Positions 44,936 through 54,532 of a stretch of DNA of 64,000 nucleotides are shown piece by piece (the first letter of the stretch is position 1; each line of letters begins with the position of its first letter). The DNA is from an uncultured Chloroflexia bacterium. GTDB lineage: Bacteria; Chloroflexota; Limnocylindria; Limnocylindrales; CSP1-4. Position numbers and translations under genes: made by a program. Below the pieces are notes generated by a model. The model ran no database searches and was not told the DNA's origin. It worked only from the letters and a program-made list of their open reading frames with translations. The stretch covers positions 800,001-864,000 of the forward strand of contig CAWFXA010000002.1 in the NCBI GenBank assembly GCA_963819655.1, read 5' to 3'.

Positions 44936-45823
44936 ATGACCGTCGAAACCTCCACCTGGGCGACCAAGAAGGGCCTCGCCCAGATGCTCAAGGGCGGCGT
45001 CATCATGGACGTCGTCACCGCCGATCAGGCGAGGGTCGCCGAGGACGCCGGTGCCGTCGCCGTGATGGCGCTCGAGCGCGTGCCCGCCGACATCCGCAAG
45101 GTCGGCGGCGTGGCGCGCATGTCCGACCCGGCCATGATCACCGGGATCATGGACGCCGTGACGATCCCGGTCATGGCCAAGGCGCGCATCGGACACTTCG
45201 TCGAGGCGCAGGTGCTCGAGGCGCTCGGGGTCGACTACATCGACGAATCCGAGGTCCTCACCCCGGCCGACGAGAACAACCACATCGACAAGCACGCCTT
45301 CAAGGTCCCGTTCGTGTGTGGCTGCCGGAACCTCGGCGAGGCGCTGCGGCGCATCAACGAAGGCGCCGCGATGATGCGGACCAAGGGCGAGGCCGGGACC
45401 GGCAACATCGTTGAAGCGGTCCGCCAGCTGCGTGACGTCAACAGCGAGATCCGCCGGCTGCAGGGCATGCGGGATGACGAGCTGTTCGTCGCGGCGAAGG
45501 ACCTCCAGGCGCCCTATGAGCTCGTGGCGGACGTGGCTGCGAAAGGCACGCTGCCGGTCGTCAATTTCGTCGCGGGGGGCATCTCGACGCCGGCCGACGC
45601 GGCGCTCGTGATGCAGCTCGGGGCCGAGGGCGTCTTCGTCGGCTCGGGCATCTTCAAGAGCGAGGACCCGGCCCGGATGGCCAACGCGATCGTCCAGGCG
45701 ACGACCTTCTTCGACGATGCCAAGAAGATCGCGGAAGTTTCGAAGGGCCTGGGAGCCCCGATGCGCGGCATCGCCCTCGAGGAGATCCCGGAGCAGGAGC
45801 GACTCGCCGTTCGCGGTTGGTAG
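44936..45823 (+). CDS. pdxS: Pyridoxal 5'-phosphate synthase lyase subunit
   Basis: [56 protein letters not shown]. Confidence 0.98.
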   Translation: MTVETSTWATKKGLAQMLKGGVIMDVVTADQARVAEDAGAVAVMALERVPADIRKVGGVARMSDPAMITGIMDAVTIPVMAKARIGHFVEAQVLEALGVDYIDESEVLTPADENNHIDKHAFKVPFVCGCRNLGEALRRINEGAAMMRTKGEAGTGNIVEAVRQLRDVNSEIRRLQGMRDDELFVAAKDLQAPYELVADVAAKGTLPVVNFVAGGISTPADAALVMQLGAEGVFVGSGIFKSEDPARMANAIVQATTFFDDAKKIAEVSKGLGAPMRGIALEEIPEQERLAVRGW

Positions 45824-45873
45824 GGAAACGGCCGCTGAGCGGCTGGCGCACCACCGCGTACCATCGGCTCACC

Positions 45874-46509
45874 ATGAGGATCGGGGTCCTCGCCCTGCAG
45901 GGGGCGTTCCGTGAACATCTCGACACGCTTGATGCCATCGGCGTCGAGGGAGTTCGCGTGCGCGAGCCAGGCGACCTCGATGGGGTCAGCGGGCTGATCC
46001 TGCCCGGCGGCGAGAGTACGACCATGCGCCAGCTCATCGAGCGCTGGGGTCTGCGCCAGCCGATCCTCGACCTGGCCGCGAGCGGCGCCCCGATCTTCGG
46101 CACGTGCGCCGGCATGATCGTCCTCGCGCGTGGTATCGCGGGTGACGAGGAGCCGATCCTGCCGCTGCTCGACGTCCGGGTCGAGCGCAACGCCTTCGGG
46201 CGCCAGCTCGACTCGTTCGAGGCCGACCTGGCGGTCGATGTGCTCGGCGACACGCCGGTCCACGCCGTCTTCATCCGCGCGCCGGTCATCGAGCGCACCG
46301 GGCCAGACGTCGACGTGCTCGGCCGGCTCGATGACGGGCGGGTCGTCGCCGTGCGGGAGCGGAACGTGTTCGCGACCGCGTTCCATCCCGAGCTCGCCGG
46401 GGAGACGCGCTTCCATCGACTGCTCGCGACCATGGCGTCCGAACACGACGACCCGGGCGAGGGATCGGGCCGTCGCCACCACCCGACCCGCCGCACGCAG
46501 CTGCGATGA
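45874..46509 (+). CDS. pdxT: Pyridoxal 5'-phosphate synthase glutaminase subunit
   Basis: IGVLALQGAFREH, PGGESTT, GTCAGMI, RNAFGRQLDSFE, FIRAP, FHPEL. Confidence 0.97.
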   Translation: MRIGVLALQGAFREHLDTLDAIGVEGVRVREPGDLDGVSGLILPGGESTTMRQLIERWGLRQPILDLAASGAPIFGTCAGMIVLARGIAGDEEPILPLLDVRVERNAFGRQLDSFEADLAVDVLGDTPVHAVFIRAPVIERTGPDVDVLGRLDDGRVVAVRERNVFATAFHPELAGETRFHRLLATMASEHDDPGEGSGRRHHPTRRTQLR

Positions 46510-46522
46510 CTGCAAGCAAGCG

Positions 46523-47587
46523 ATGACCGTCACGCGGACGCCTCGCAAGCAAGGCAAGGTCCGCGCCGCGCGACTGACGGACCTCGCGGCGCTGGGCGAG
46601 CTGTCGCGCCTGTGCCAGTCGGACGACGCGTCGACCCGCTCGCTCGGACTGCCCGTCAGCGGCCCGCCGATCGGGGTGTTCAGCCTGTTCCGGCTGCCGC
46701 TCGGCGCCTTCCGCCCGAACGACCTGATGTACGTCTACGAAGAGGATGGCCGGATCGCCGGGCTCATCCGCGTGGAGCGCGAGTCGTCCCGCGACGAGTG
46801 GACGATCGTGGAGCTCGATGCTGTCGGTATGGCCGACGCCGGCGACATCCGCTACCGCCTGGTCAATCAGCTCCTGCGCGAGGGTGGCAAGCGCGGAGCC
46901 GCGCGGTTCCACGTCGCGTGTGCCGATGTCGACGGGAACGTGGAGCTGATGATGCAGGCGGGTTTCATCCGCTACGGCGAGGAGCAGATCATGTTCCGCC
47001 CGGACGGCGAGCTGCCCAAGCCGTGGACCGACAAGGCGGCCAGCGACGCGCGCATCCGGCCCGCCCAACCGATCGACGCGCTGGCGCTCAACCGGCTGTA
47101 TACGGCCGCGACGCCCGGCCCGGTGGTCCGGCTCGAGGCGATCCGCCTGCCCGACTGGGAGCGCCAGGGGAACCACTGGCGGGTGCCCCGCTCCAGCCTC
47201 GCGCCGATCCTGCGCTTCGCCGACATCGAGGCGTTCGTGCAGCAGGCGCCGGGCGGGGGCAAGGACGGCACCGTGCTCGACGCGTTCGTCCAGGTCGGCG
47301 TCGCGAAAGAGGACCAGCCGCATTACCTGAAAGTCGTCGTGCGGCCGGAGGCCGACCCCACGGCCATCATCTCGTTCGGACTCGGCATCATCGAGGCCCG
47401 CACGACCCGGGGTAGCGAGCACCGCCACGACCACGGCGTCATCTCACCCGTGCGAACCTATGAGGGGCCTGTCGACCGGAGACTGGAGGATGCTTCCTTC
47501 GGATCGATCGCGAGTGTCACGCTGCTCATGAAAGAGACCCTCGTCCGGGTCGCCGAGCCGGCCCTCGTCCCGGCCGGCGTCCGATAG
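46523..47587 (+). CDS. Hypothetical protein with probable tandem GNAT-like folds
   Basis: VRAARLTDL and IRPAQPIDA repeat starts, YVYEEDGRIAGLI, LMMQAGF. Confidence 0.65.
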   Translation: MTVTRTPRKQGKVRAARLTDLAALGELSRLCQSDDASTRSLGLPVSGPPIGVFSLFRLPLGAFRPNDLMYVYEEDGRIAGLIRVERESSRDEWTIVELDAVGMADAGDIRYRLVNQLLREGGKRGAARFHVACADVDGNVELMMQAGFIRYGEEQIMFRPDGELPKPWTDKAASDARIRPAQPIDALALNRLYTAATPGPVVRLEAIRLPDWERQGNHWRVPRSSLAPILRFADIEAFVQQAPGGGKDGTVLDAFVQVGVAKEDQPHYLKVVVRPEADPTAIISFGLGIIEARTTRGSEHRHDHGVISPVRTYEGPVDRRLEDASFGSIASVTLLMKETLVRVAEPALVPAGVR

Positions 47588-47589
47588 CC

Positions 47590-49668
47590 GTGGAAACGGA
47601 GGCAAGCGTGGGTTCCGACGTACGCCAGCGCGAAACGATCGACGATCTCGACGCGATGCTGTCGTCGCTGCCGCCGGAGATCGTCGAGGCCGTGCATGCC
47701 CTGCCGGATCGCGAGGCGCTCATCGAGGTCGTGCTCGACCTCGGCCGTCGCCCGGAGGGGCGCTTCCCCGATGCCGAGGTCAGCCTGCTCGAGCGCGAGA
47801 TCGCCGAGGCCGACATCGCCTTCGTGATCGACCACATCGGCTCGTTCGGGGACGACAACCGCGCAGGCATCGAGCGCACGCTTCACCGGATCAGTGCGAT
47901 CCGCAACCGGAACGGCAAGGTCGTCGGCCTGACGTGCCGGGTCGGCCGCGCCGTCTACGGCACGATCGAGATCATCAACGACTTCGTCGAGACCGGGAAA
48001 TCGATCCTGATCATGGGCCGCCCCGGCATCGGCAAGACCACGATGCTGCGCGAGGCCGCGCGGGTGCTGGCCGACGACCTCGGCAAGCGTGTCGTCGTGG
48101 TCGACACGTCCAACGAGATCGCCGGCGACGGCGACATCCCGCACCCGGCGATCGGCAAGGCCCGCCGCATGCAGGTCCGCACGCCGTCGTTGCAACACGA
48201 GGTGATGATCGAGGCGGTCGAGAACCACATGCCGCAGGTCATCGTCATCGACGAGATCGGCACCGAGCTCGAGGCGCAGGCGGCCCGGACGATCGCCGAG
48301 CGTGGCGTGCAGCTCATCGGCACCGCACACGGCAACAACCTCGACAACCTGATGCTCAACCCGACGCTGTCCGACCTGATCGGCGGCATCCAGAGCGTCA
48401 CCCTCGGCGACGAGGAAGCCCGCCGCCGGCGCACCCAGAAGAGCGTGCTCGAGCGCAAGGCGCCGCCGACCTTCGATGTGATCGTCGAGATCCAGGATCG
48501 CGAGCGGGTGGCAGTCCACAGCGACGTCGCCGAGACCGTCGACGCGTTGCTGCGCGGCGATGCCGTCGCGCCGGAGCTGCGCTGGCGGGACGAGGAGGGC
48601 GTCCATCGATCGCAGGGCCGCCCTCGGCCGTCGCCCCGCGAGCAGCTGGGCGCCGAGCGCTTCGCGGGTCTCGTCGGTGGAGGCTCGCCGTGGCGGATGG
48701 AGCCAGGCTGGCGCGGCGATGGCTCCGCGCGGGCCTCCGGCGGATTCCGCGAGGCGGAGCGCGGCAGCTTCCGGCCCGGCTACCGACCCGGCGCATCCGG
48801 TGGCTGGCGGCAGACCCGCGGCGGACCCGGGCGCGAATCGCCACAGCGTGGCCCGCTCTCGAGCGGCGGCCCGGACGCCATGCCCGGCGAGCGGTTCGCG
48901 AGCCGCCCGGGCGATGCACCGTTCGTCGCCGGCGACATCGCCGATCGCGGACCACTCGAGCGCGGCGGCGCACCGACGGCCCTCGAGGCCCGCGCGCGCG
49001 AGGCGCGCGAACTCGAGCGCCAGAAGGCATGGCGTGATCAGGCATCGCGTGCGATGCAGAGCTTCAAGGCCGAGGAGGGCACCGCACCCGTCAACGCCGA
49101 TGACCTCGACGCGCACGACGACATCGGCTCACTTCCGCTCGGCGCGATCGAGGGCGAGCACGGCGAGACGGTCCTCGAACCGGGCGGGTCACCGCTGCCG
49201 ACGCTGCGCGTGCTCCCGCAAGGCATCAGCCGCAAACGCCTCGAGCAGGCGGTCCGCGACCTCGGCCTGCCTGTCGTGATCGCGCGCGACGTGGACGAGG
49301 CGGACGTGGTCATGACCCTCAAGAACGAGTACAAGCAGAAGACCCCCCTGCTCCGCGAGGCCGAGGAGCGGGCGATGCCGATCTACGTCCTCAAGAGCAA
49401 CACGATCCCGCAGATGCAGTCCAGCCTGACCTCGATCTTCTCGCTCGAGATCGATCCGCGCGAGGCGGCCCTGCGCGAGACCGAGGACGCGATCGACGTC
49501 GTCCTGTCGTCGTCCGAGGCGGTCGAGTTGTCGCCGCAGAACGCCTACATCCGGCGGCTCCAGCATCAGATGGCGGAACGGGCCAACCTCGTCTCGCGCT
49601 CCCGTGGCCGCGAGCCATTCCGGCGGGTGCGCCTCTATCCGGACGCCGCGCGCAGCAGCTGGCGGTGA
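47590..49668 (+). CDS. Ycf45/SpoIIIAA-like AAA ATPase with C-terminal R3H domain
   Basis: EVVLDLGRRP, RTLHRISAIRN, GRPGIGKTT, VDTSNEIAGDGD, VIDEIG, PQNAYIRRLQH. Confidence 0.92.
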   Translation: METEASVGSDVRQRETIDDLDAMLSSLPPEIVEAVHALPDREALIEVVLDLGRRPEGRFPDAEVSLLEREIAEADIAFVIDHIGSFGDDNRAGIERTLHRISAIRNRNGKVVGLTCRVGRAVYGTIEIINDFVETGKSILIMGRPGIGKTTMLREAARVLADDLGKRVVVVDTSNEIAGDGDIPHPAIGKARRMQVRTPSLQHEVMIEAVENHMPQVIVIDEIGTELEAQAARTIAERGVQLIGTAHGNNLDNLMLNPTLSDLIGGIQSVTLGDEEARRRRTQKSVLERKAPPTFDVIVEIQDRERVAVHSDVAETVDALLRGDAVAPELRWRDEEGVHRSQGRPRPSPREQLGAERFAGLVGGGSPWRMEPGWRGDGSARASGGFREAERGSFRPGYRPGASGGWRQTRGGPGRESPQRGPLSSGGPDAMPGERFASRPGDAPFVAGDIADRGPLERGGAPTALEARAREARELERQKAWRDQASRAMQSFKAEEGTAPVNADDLDAHDDIGSLPLGAIEGEHGETVLEPGGSPLPTLRVLPQGISRKRLEQAVRDLGLPVVIARDVDEADVVMTLKNEYKQKTPLLREAEERAMPIYVLKSNTIPQMQSSLTSIFSLEIDPREAALRETEDAIDVVLSSSEAVELSPQNAYIRRLQHQMAERANLVSRSRGREPFRRVRLYPDAARSSWR

Positions 49669-50354
49669 CGTCCACGCCGACCCCCCTGCGGGCCGTGTTG
49701 CGTCGATTTGCGACCGGCCTCATCGCGTATGGCCTTATCGGCCTCGTCCTGGCACTCGTCGCTCTGATCGCGGTCGTCTGGGCCGGAGGCAGGCTGGCGG
49801 CGGTGGGCGGGCGGGTCGAGACCCAGATCGCCGCAGTCGTCGAGACGCTCGATCGGACGTCAACGGCCCTGGCCGATGCCGGCACGTCGGCGACGTCCTT
49901 CTCGGGCACGATGGAGCGCACCCCACCGGTCGTGCGCCAGACCGCGCAGGCCATCGCCGACGTCCGGACCGACCTGCGCTCGGCCGAGAGCCAGTTCTCG
50001 CAATTCGAGATCCTCGGCCGCCAGCCGCTCGGCGGCGTGGCCGATTCGTTCGGACGCATGGCCGCCAACCTCGACGGACTCGACGAGCGCCTCGACCTGA
50101 TCGCCACGGATCTCGAGAGCAACCGAACCGCGTTGGTCGCGAACGCCACGTCGCTCAGCGCGCTCGGCGTCCGGCTCGGCCTGGTCGCCGATGACCTGCG
50201 CGGCGGGGTGGTCGAGGAGGGCTTCGCCGACGTGCGCTCCAGCGCGACCGTCCTGGCACTCGTGCTGCTCGTGTGGATGACGATCCCCGCGGCCGGTGCG
50301 CTGTGGCTCGGTTGGAGGCTCCGGCGCGAGGTCGGGCACGGGGACGACGACTAG
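49665..50354 (+). CDS. Membrane protein with two TM helices flanking a coiled-coil region
   Basis: Hydrophobic ends, heptad-like middle; GTGA overlap with upstream gene. Confidence 0.7.
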   Translation: MTSTPTPLRAVLRRFATGLIAYGLIGLVLALVALIAVVWAGGRLAAVGGRVETQIAAVVETLDRTSTALADAGTSATSFSGTMERTPPVVRQTAQAIADVRTDLRSAESQFSQFEILGRQPLGGVADSFGRMAANLDGLDERLDLIATDLESNRTALVANATSLSALGVRLGLVADDLRGGVVEEGFADVRSSATVLALVLLVWMTIPAAGALWLGWRLRREVGHGDDD

Positions 50355-51802
50355 CGCAGGTCCCGGCGCAACGCCGATCTCGCGGCGAGGTGTCCGCTCA
50401 TGCCGTGGACTCCGCCGCCCGGCGCCGCCGATGAGGAGCACAGGTACAGCCCCGGCCCGGCGTGGTAGGGATCCAGGGACACCGCGGGCCGGAACAGGAG
50501 CTGACGGATATCGGAGATGCCGGCGTTGATGTCGCCCCCGACGTAGTTCGAGTCGTAATCCTCCATCTGTGCCGGCGAGTGGGTCCTGCGGGCGAGGATG
50601 CGATCGCGAAAGCCCGGCGCGAACCGCTCGACCTGAGCCTCGATGCGGTCGGTCATGTCGACCTCGGATCCGGACGGTACGTGGCAGTACGCCCACGCGG
50701 TCGTCCTGCCCGCCGGTGCTCGTGACGGGTCCCAGGGGTGGTATTGGACGAGCAGCGTGAGCGGTCGGTCGGGCGGCCGGCCGGCTGCCACTTGCCGCTC
50801 GGATCTGATGACCTCGGCGGACGAGCCGCCGAGGTGGACCGTCGCCGCCCGACGCAGGCCGTCGGCGGTCCACGGCACCGGACCGTCGAGCGCCCAGTCG
50901 ACCTTGAAGACGCCAGCTCCGTAGCGGAAGCCCTCGTAGCGCCGGCGCGTGCGGTCGGGCAGGCGGTCACCGGCGATCGACACGGCTGCGCGAGGTGTCG
51001 TGTCGAGCAGGACCGCGCGGGCCTCCGGCAGGTCGTCGAGGCGTGCGACGGGCTCGCCGGTCACGATCTCGCCACCAAGCTGCCGGAGCTCCGTGGCCAA
51101 GGCATCGGCGATGGCGGCCGAGCCGCCGCGGACCATCGGCCAGCCGACGGCGTGCGCATACGTCCCCAGCACCAGGCCGAACGACGCCGATAGCGGTCGG
51201 TCGAGCGGCACCATCCCGTGGGCCGCAAGTCCCAGGAACAGGGCCTGTGCAGCATCGCCGCGGAAGCGGGCGCGTGCCAGCCCACTGGCGGATCGCAGCG
51301 CAGTCGGCCCGAATCGGGCGATTGCGAGCAGGTGGCGTGGGGCGTGGACGACCGGGCGGAGCAGCTCGCGCCCGAGCTTGTCGGCGTCCCGGGTCAGCGG
51401 TCCGAAGAGGTGCAGCCACGCCGAGCCGTCGTCGGTCCGGCGGTCGCGATCGAGCCCGGCCGCTGTTGCCGTGAACGAGCGCTCGAGGACGACAGCCCGC
51501 CCCTCGTCGAGGGCATGGGCGACCGGGGCATCGGGGTGGATGAACTCGACGCCGCGCGCCGCCCAGTCGATCGTCCGGAAGAACGGCGAGGCGAGCGCGA
51601 GCGGCACGATCGTCGAGCACACGTCGTGGCGGAACCCGGGGAGCGTCAGCTCCGCGGTCCGGGTGCCGCCACCGATCGTCGGAGCGGCCTCGTAGACTCG
51701 CACCGAGCGACCGGCGCGGGCCAGCGTCAGCGCTGCGGCAAGGCCGTTCGGACCCGCACCGACGACGATGGCGTCGAGCGCCGGTCGACCCGACCCGGTC
51801 AC
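50351..51802 (-). CDS. Phytoene dehydrogenase-like NAD(P)/FAD oxidoreductase
   Basis: VVGAGPNGLAAA, GGGTRTAELTLPGF.HDVCS, WAYCHVP, NYVGGDI, PGGGVHGMSG. Confidence 0.9.
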   Translation of the reverse strand: MTGSGRPALDAIVVGAGPNGLAAALTLARAGRSVRVYEAAPTIGGGTRTAELTLPGFRHDVCSTIVPLALASPFFRTIDWAARGVEFIHPDAPVAHALDEGRAVVLERSFTATAAGLDRDRRTDDGSAWLHLFGPLTRDADKLGRELLRPVVHAPRHLLAIARFGPTALRSASGLARARFRGDAAQALFLGLAAHGMVPLDRPLSASFGLVLGTYAHAVGWPMVRGGSAAIADALATELRQLGGEIVTGEPVARLDDLPEARAVLLDTTPRAAVSIAGDRLPDRTRRRYEGFRYGAGVFKVDWALDGPVPWTADGLRRAATVHLGGSSAEVIRSERQVAAGRPPDRPLTLLVQYHPWDPSRAPAGRTTAWAYCHVPSGSEVDMTDRIEAQVERFAPGFRDRILARRTHSPAQMEDYDSNYVGGDINAGISDIRQLLFRPAVSLDPYHAGPGLYLCSSSAAPGGGVHGMSGHLAARSALRRDLR

Positions 51803-53250
51803 TGTGCTGCGCCGACCGCGCCTGCCCCGGCCTGGAAAGGGATGCCCGCCGTGTACGCGAGGTCAGGCCAGGTGCCGGTGTAGCAGACCGGGCCGTACGT
51901 CCCTTCGTCGAGGTCACCGGCGCCGGGGACGGGCTGCCCCGTCCCCGCCTGGTCGTCGGCCACCGGTCCGGCAACCACCCAGTTCGGCGGGGTGACCGTC
52001 GGATCGAGGCTCGGGAGGAGGGCCAGGAGCTGGGCCCAGCGATAGGGCGGGCGAACGCCGACGATGGCGATGCCGGACGGCGTGCCGGCCATGCCCTCGT
52101 ACTCGAGCAGATGCAGCCCGGTCTCGTCCGACGTCCCGCGGACCGCGCATGTCGACCCATCGAACGACGCTGCCAGCGAGCCCGCCAGTCGGAACGGCGT
52201 CGCGCGCGGCTCGCCCCGGCGTAGAGCCGTCAGGAGTGCCGTCTCGACGGCCGCCCGATCGGCGCTGACCGCGAAACGCACGACCCGGCCGGCGTCGTCG
52301 CGTGTCAGCCGACCGTCGTCCTCGACGATGACCGCTGCGTCCTCCCACGCGACGAGGTCCGTGCCGCTCAGCGTCAGCGCCGCCAGCTCGTCCCACAGGT
52401 GCTGCCCGTCCTCGGGCCGCATCCTGCCCGGGTTCCGGATGAGGGACTCGTACATGAGATCCGCCCCGCCCGCCTGGTGGTCGTCGGCCAGACGATCGGC
52501 GAGGTCGACGGGCACCGGGACGTCGTCGGTGGCATCGAGCGGCACGATCGAGATCGGCACATCGGTCGCCAACACCGCGGCCACCGCGGAGGGATCGGCG
52601 TACGCGTTCCACTGGAGCGGGTCCCCGCCGTCGAGACCGTCGACGAAGACGTTGCCCGGCGCATCGATCGTGCCGAGCATGGCGTGGATCCCGGCCACCC
52701 GATCTGCGAGCGTCGCGTCGGCGGCGAACGCATCCTCGATGTTCGTGAGCGGCCCGAGGGCGACGATGGTCGGGGCGCTCGGACTGGACTCGACGGCCGC
52801 GGCGAGGACGTCGACCGCGTCGCGTGGCACGCCCGCCTCAGCCTGCGGCGGGATGTTCAGCCCGAAGGCCGCATCCGCCCGCGACCGCCAGTCGTCGGGG
52901 AACGGATGGGCATCGGCGCCGCCCTCCTGCCGACCGCAGCCGAACGGGATGTCGGGCGAGCCGAGTTCGTCGATCAGGTAGCGGGTCACCAACCGCCCGG
53001 CCTGGCAGTGCACCAGTCCCGTGCCGGCGATCGTGATGGCCCGGACATCGACCGCGGGGTCCCGCAGCAGGATGAGGATCGCGGCGATATCGCTCAGGTC
53101 GAAGTCGGCGTCGATGATGATCGGCACCCGGCTCATCGGCGGATCGCTCGACAGTGGCGCCGGCGGGCTCCCCGCGCTCGGACCGCACGCGGCGAGCGTC
53201 GACAGGAGGCCGACCACGATCACGCGTCCCGTCGTGAGGATCCGGCGCAT
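51799..53250 (-). CDS. Nucleoside hydrolase-family lipoprotein with extra C-terminal domain
   Basis: LAAC lipobox; IIIDADFDLSD, ALGPLTNI, MLG..PGNV, WNAYADP.A, VPLDAT, LWDELAA. Confidence 0.8.
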   Translation of the reverse strand: MRRILTTGRVIVVGLLSTLAACGPSAGSPPAPLSSDPPMSRVPIIIDADFDLSDIAAILILLRDPAVDVRAITIAGTGLVHCQAGRLVTRYLIDELGSPDIPFGCGRQEGGADAHPFPDDWRSRADAAFGLNIPPQAEAGVPRDAVDVLAAAVESSPSAPTIVALGPLTNIEDAFAADATLADRVAGIHAMLGTIDAPGNVFVDGLDGGDPLQWNAYADPSAVAAVLATDVPISIVPLDATDDVPVPVDLADRLADDHQAGGADLMYESLIRNPGRMRPEDGQHLWDELAALTLSGTDLVAWEDAAVIVEDDGRLTRDDAGRVVRFAVSADRAAVETALLTALRRGEPRATPFRLAGSLAASFDGSTCAVRGTSDETGLHLLEYEGMAGTPSGIAIVGVRPPYRWAQLLALLPSLDPTVTPPNWVVAGPVADDQAGTGQPVPGAGDLDEGTYGPVCYTGTWPDLAYTAGIPFQAGAGAVGAAQ

Positions 53251-53274
53251 GTGCGCATCGTAGGCCCGCGCCGC

Positions 53275-54528
53275 TCACCCGGGCGCGGCGGCGGCGATCC
53301 CCTCGACGGCCTCGAGCGCGCGGTCGATCTCCTCGTCGGTGTTGTAGTGGACGAGTCCGAGGCGGAGGATCCCTCCGGTGTCCGCCTTGCCTAGCCGCTC
53401 GATCAGCCCGGTCGCGTAGAAATCGCCATCCCACACGTAGATCCCGCGCCTGCCCAGCTCCTCGGCGGCCTCGCGCGGATGGACGCCGTCGATCGAGATC
53501 GACACGGTCGGCACCCGGTCGGCGAACCGCGCGGTGTCGGTGATCCCATGGATCGCCACGTCGGGGATCGCCTCCAGGCCATCGATCAGGCGTGTGACCA
53601 GCGCGCGTTCGTACTCGACGATGGCGGACATCCCGGCTACGAGCTCCGAGCGGCGGTCCGCGGCCGTCGGTGACCCGTATCGGCGTCCGATGTCGCGCAG
53701 GTAGTCGGTCGCGGCGAGGGTACCCGCGATCGATTCGAACGCCGCCGTGCCGGTCTCGAACCGATCGTGCGCGGGTCGAACCTTGAACGCCGGCAGCCCG
53801 TCCAGAACATCGGCCTTGCCGTACAGCGCGCCCAGGTGCGGTCCGAACCATTTGTACGCGCTGCAGACGAGGAAGTCGGCGTCGAGAGCCCGGACATCGA
53901 TCGGGCCGTGGGGCGCGTACGCCACCGCATCGACATAGGCCAGGGCGCCGACCTCATGGGCGCGCGCGACGATCTCTCGGACCGGGTTGACCGAGCCGAC
54001 CGCGTTGCTGGCATAGCCGACGGCGACGAGCTTGGTCCGGCTGCTGAGCTTCGACTCGAGATCCTCGAGATCGAGCGTCACGTCGTCTTCGCGGATATCG
54101 ACCTTGCGGACCGTCAGACCGCGATCCGACGCCATCGCCTCCCACGTGCTGACGTTGGCTTCGTGATCGAGCCGCGTGACGACGATCTCGTCGCCCGGCG
54201 TGAGCGTCGCCCCGATCGATCGGCCGATGTGGAGCGTGAGCGTCGACATGTTGTAGCCGAACTTGATCTCGTCCGGGCTCCCCGCACCGAGGAAGTCGGC
54301 GACGGCCGCGTGTGCCTCGTCGACGATCGCGTCCGATGCCTCGCTCGTGGCGAAGGCGCCACCGGCGTTGGCGTTGGTGTTCGACAGGTAGTCGCCGACC
54401 GCGTCGATGACGCGTTGCGGGACCTGGGTGCCGCCGGGACCGTCGAGGAACGCCACGGCCCGACCGTCCTGTTCGCGCCGCAGGGCTGGGAATTCGGCGC
54501 GGAGCGCCTCGACGTCGAATCGGGGCAT
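53275..54528 (-). CDS. Cysteine desulfurase-like class V aminotransferase (TIGR01976 type)
   Basis: FLDGPGGTQVP, LDHEANV, ASNAVG, VDAVAYAPH, CSAYKWFGPH, GLVHYNT. Confidence 0.92.
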   Translation of the reverse strand: MPRFDVEALRAEFPALRREQDGRAVAFLDGPGGTQVPQRVIDAVGDYLSNTNANAGGAFATSEASDAIVDEAHAAVADFLGAGSPDEIKFGYNMSTLTLHIGRSIGATLTPGDEIVVTRLDHEANVSTWEAMASDRGLTVRKVDIREDDVTLDLEDLESKLSSRTKLVAVGYASNAVGSVNPVREIVARAHEVGALAYVDAVAYAPHGPIDVRALDADFLVCSAYKWFGPHLGALYGKADVLDGLPAFKVRPAHDRFETGTAAFESIAGTLAATDYLRDIGRRYGSPTAADRRSELVAGMSAIVEYERALVTRLIDGLEAIPDVAIHGITDTARFADRVPTVSISIDGVHPREAAEELGRRGIYVWDGDFYATGLIERLGKADTGGILRLGLVHYNTDEEIDRALEAVEGIAAAAPG

Positions 54529-54532
54529 CGCC

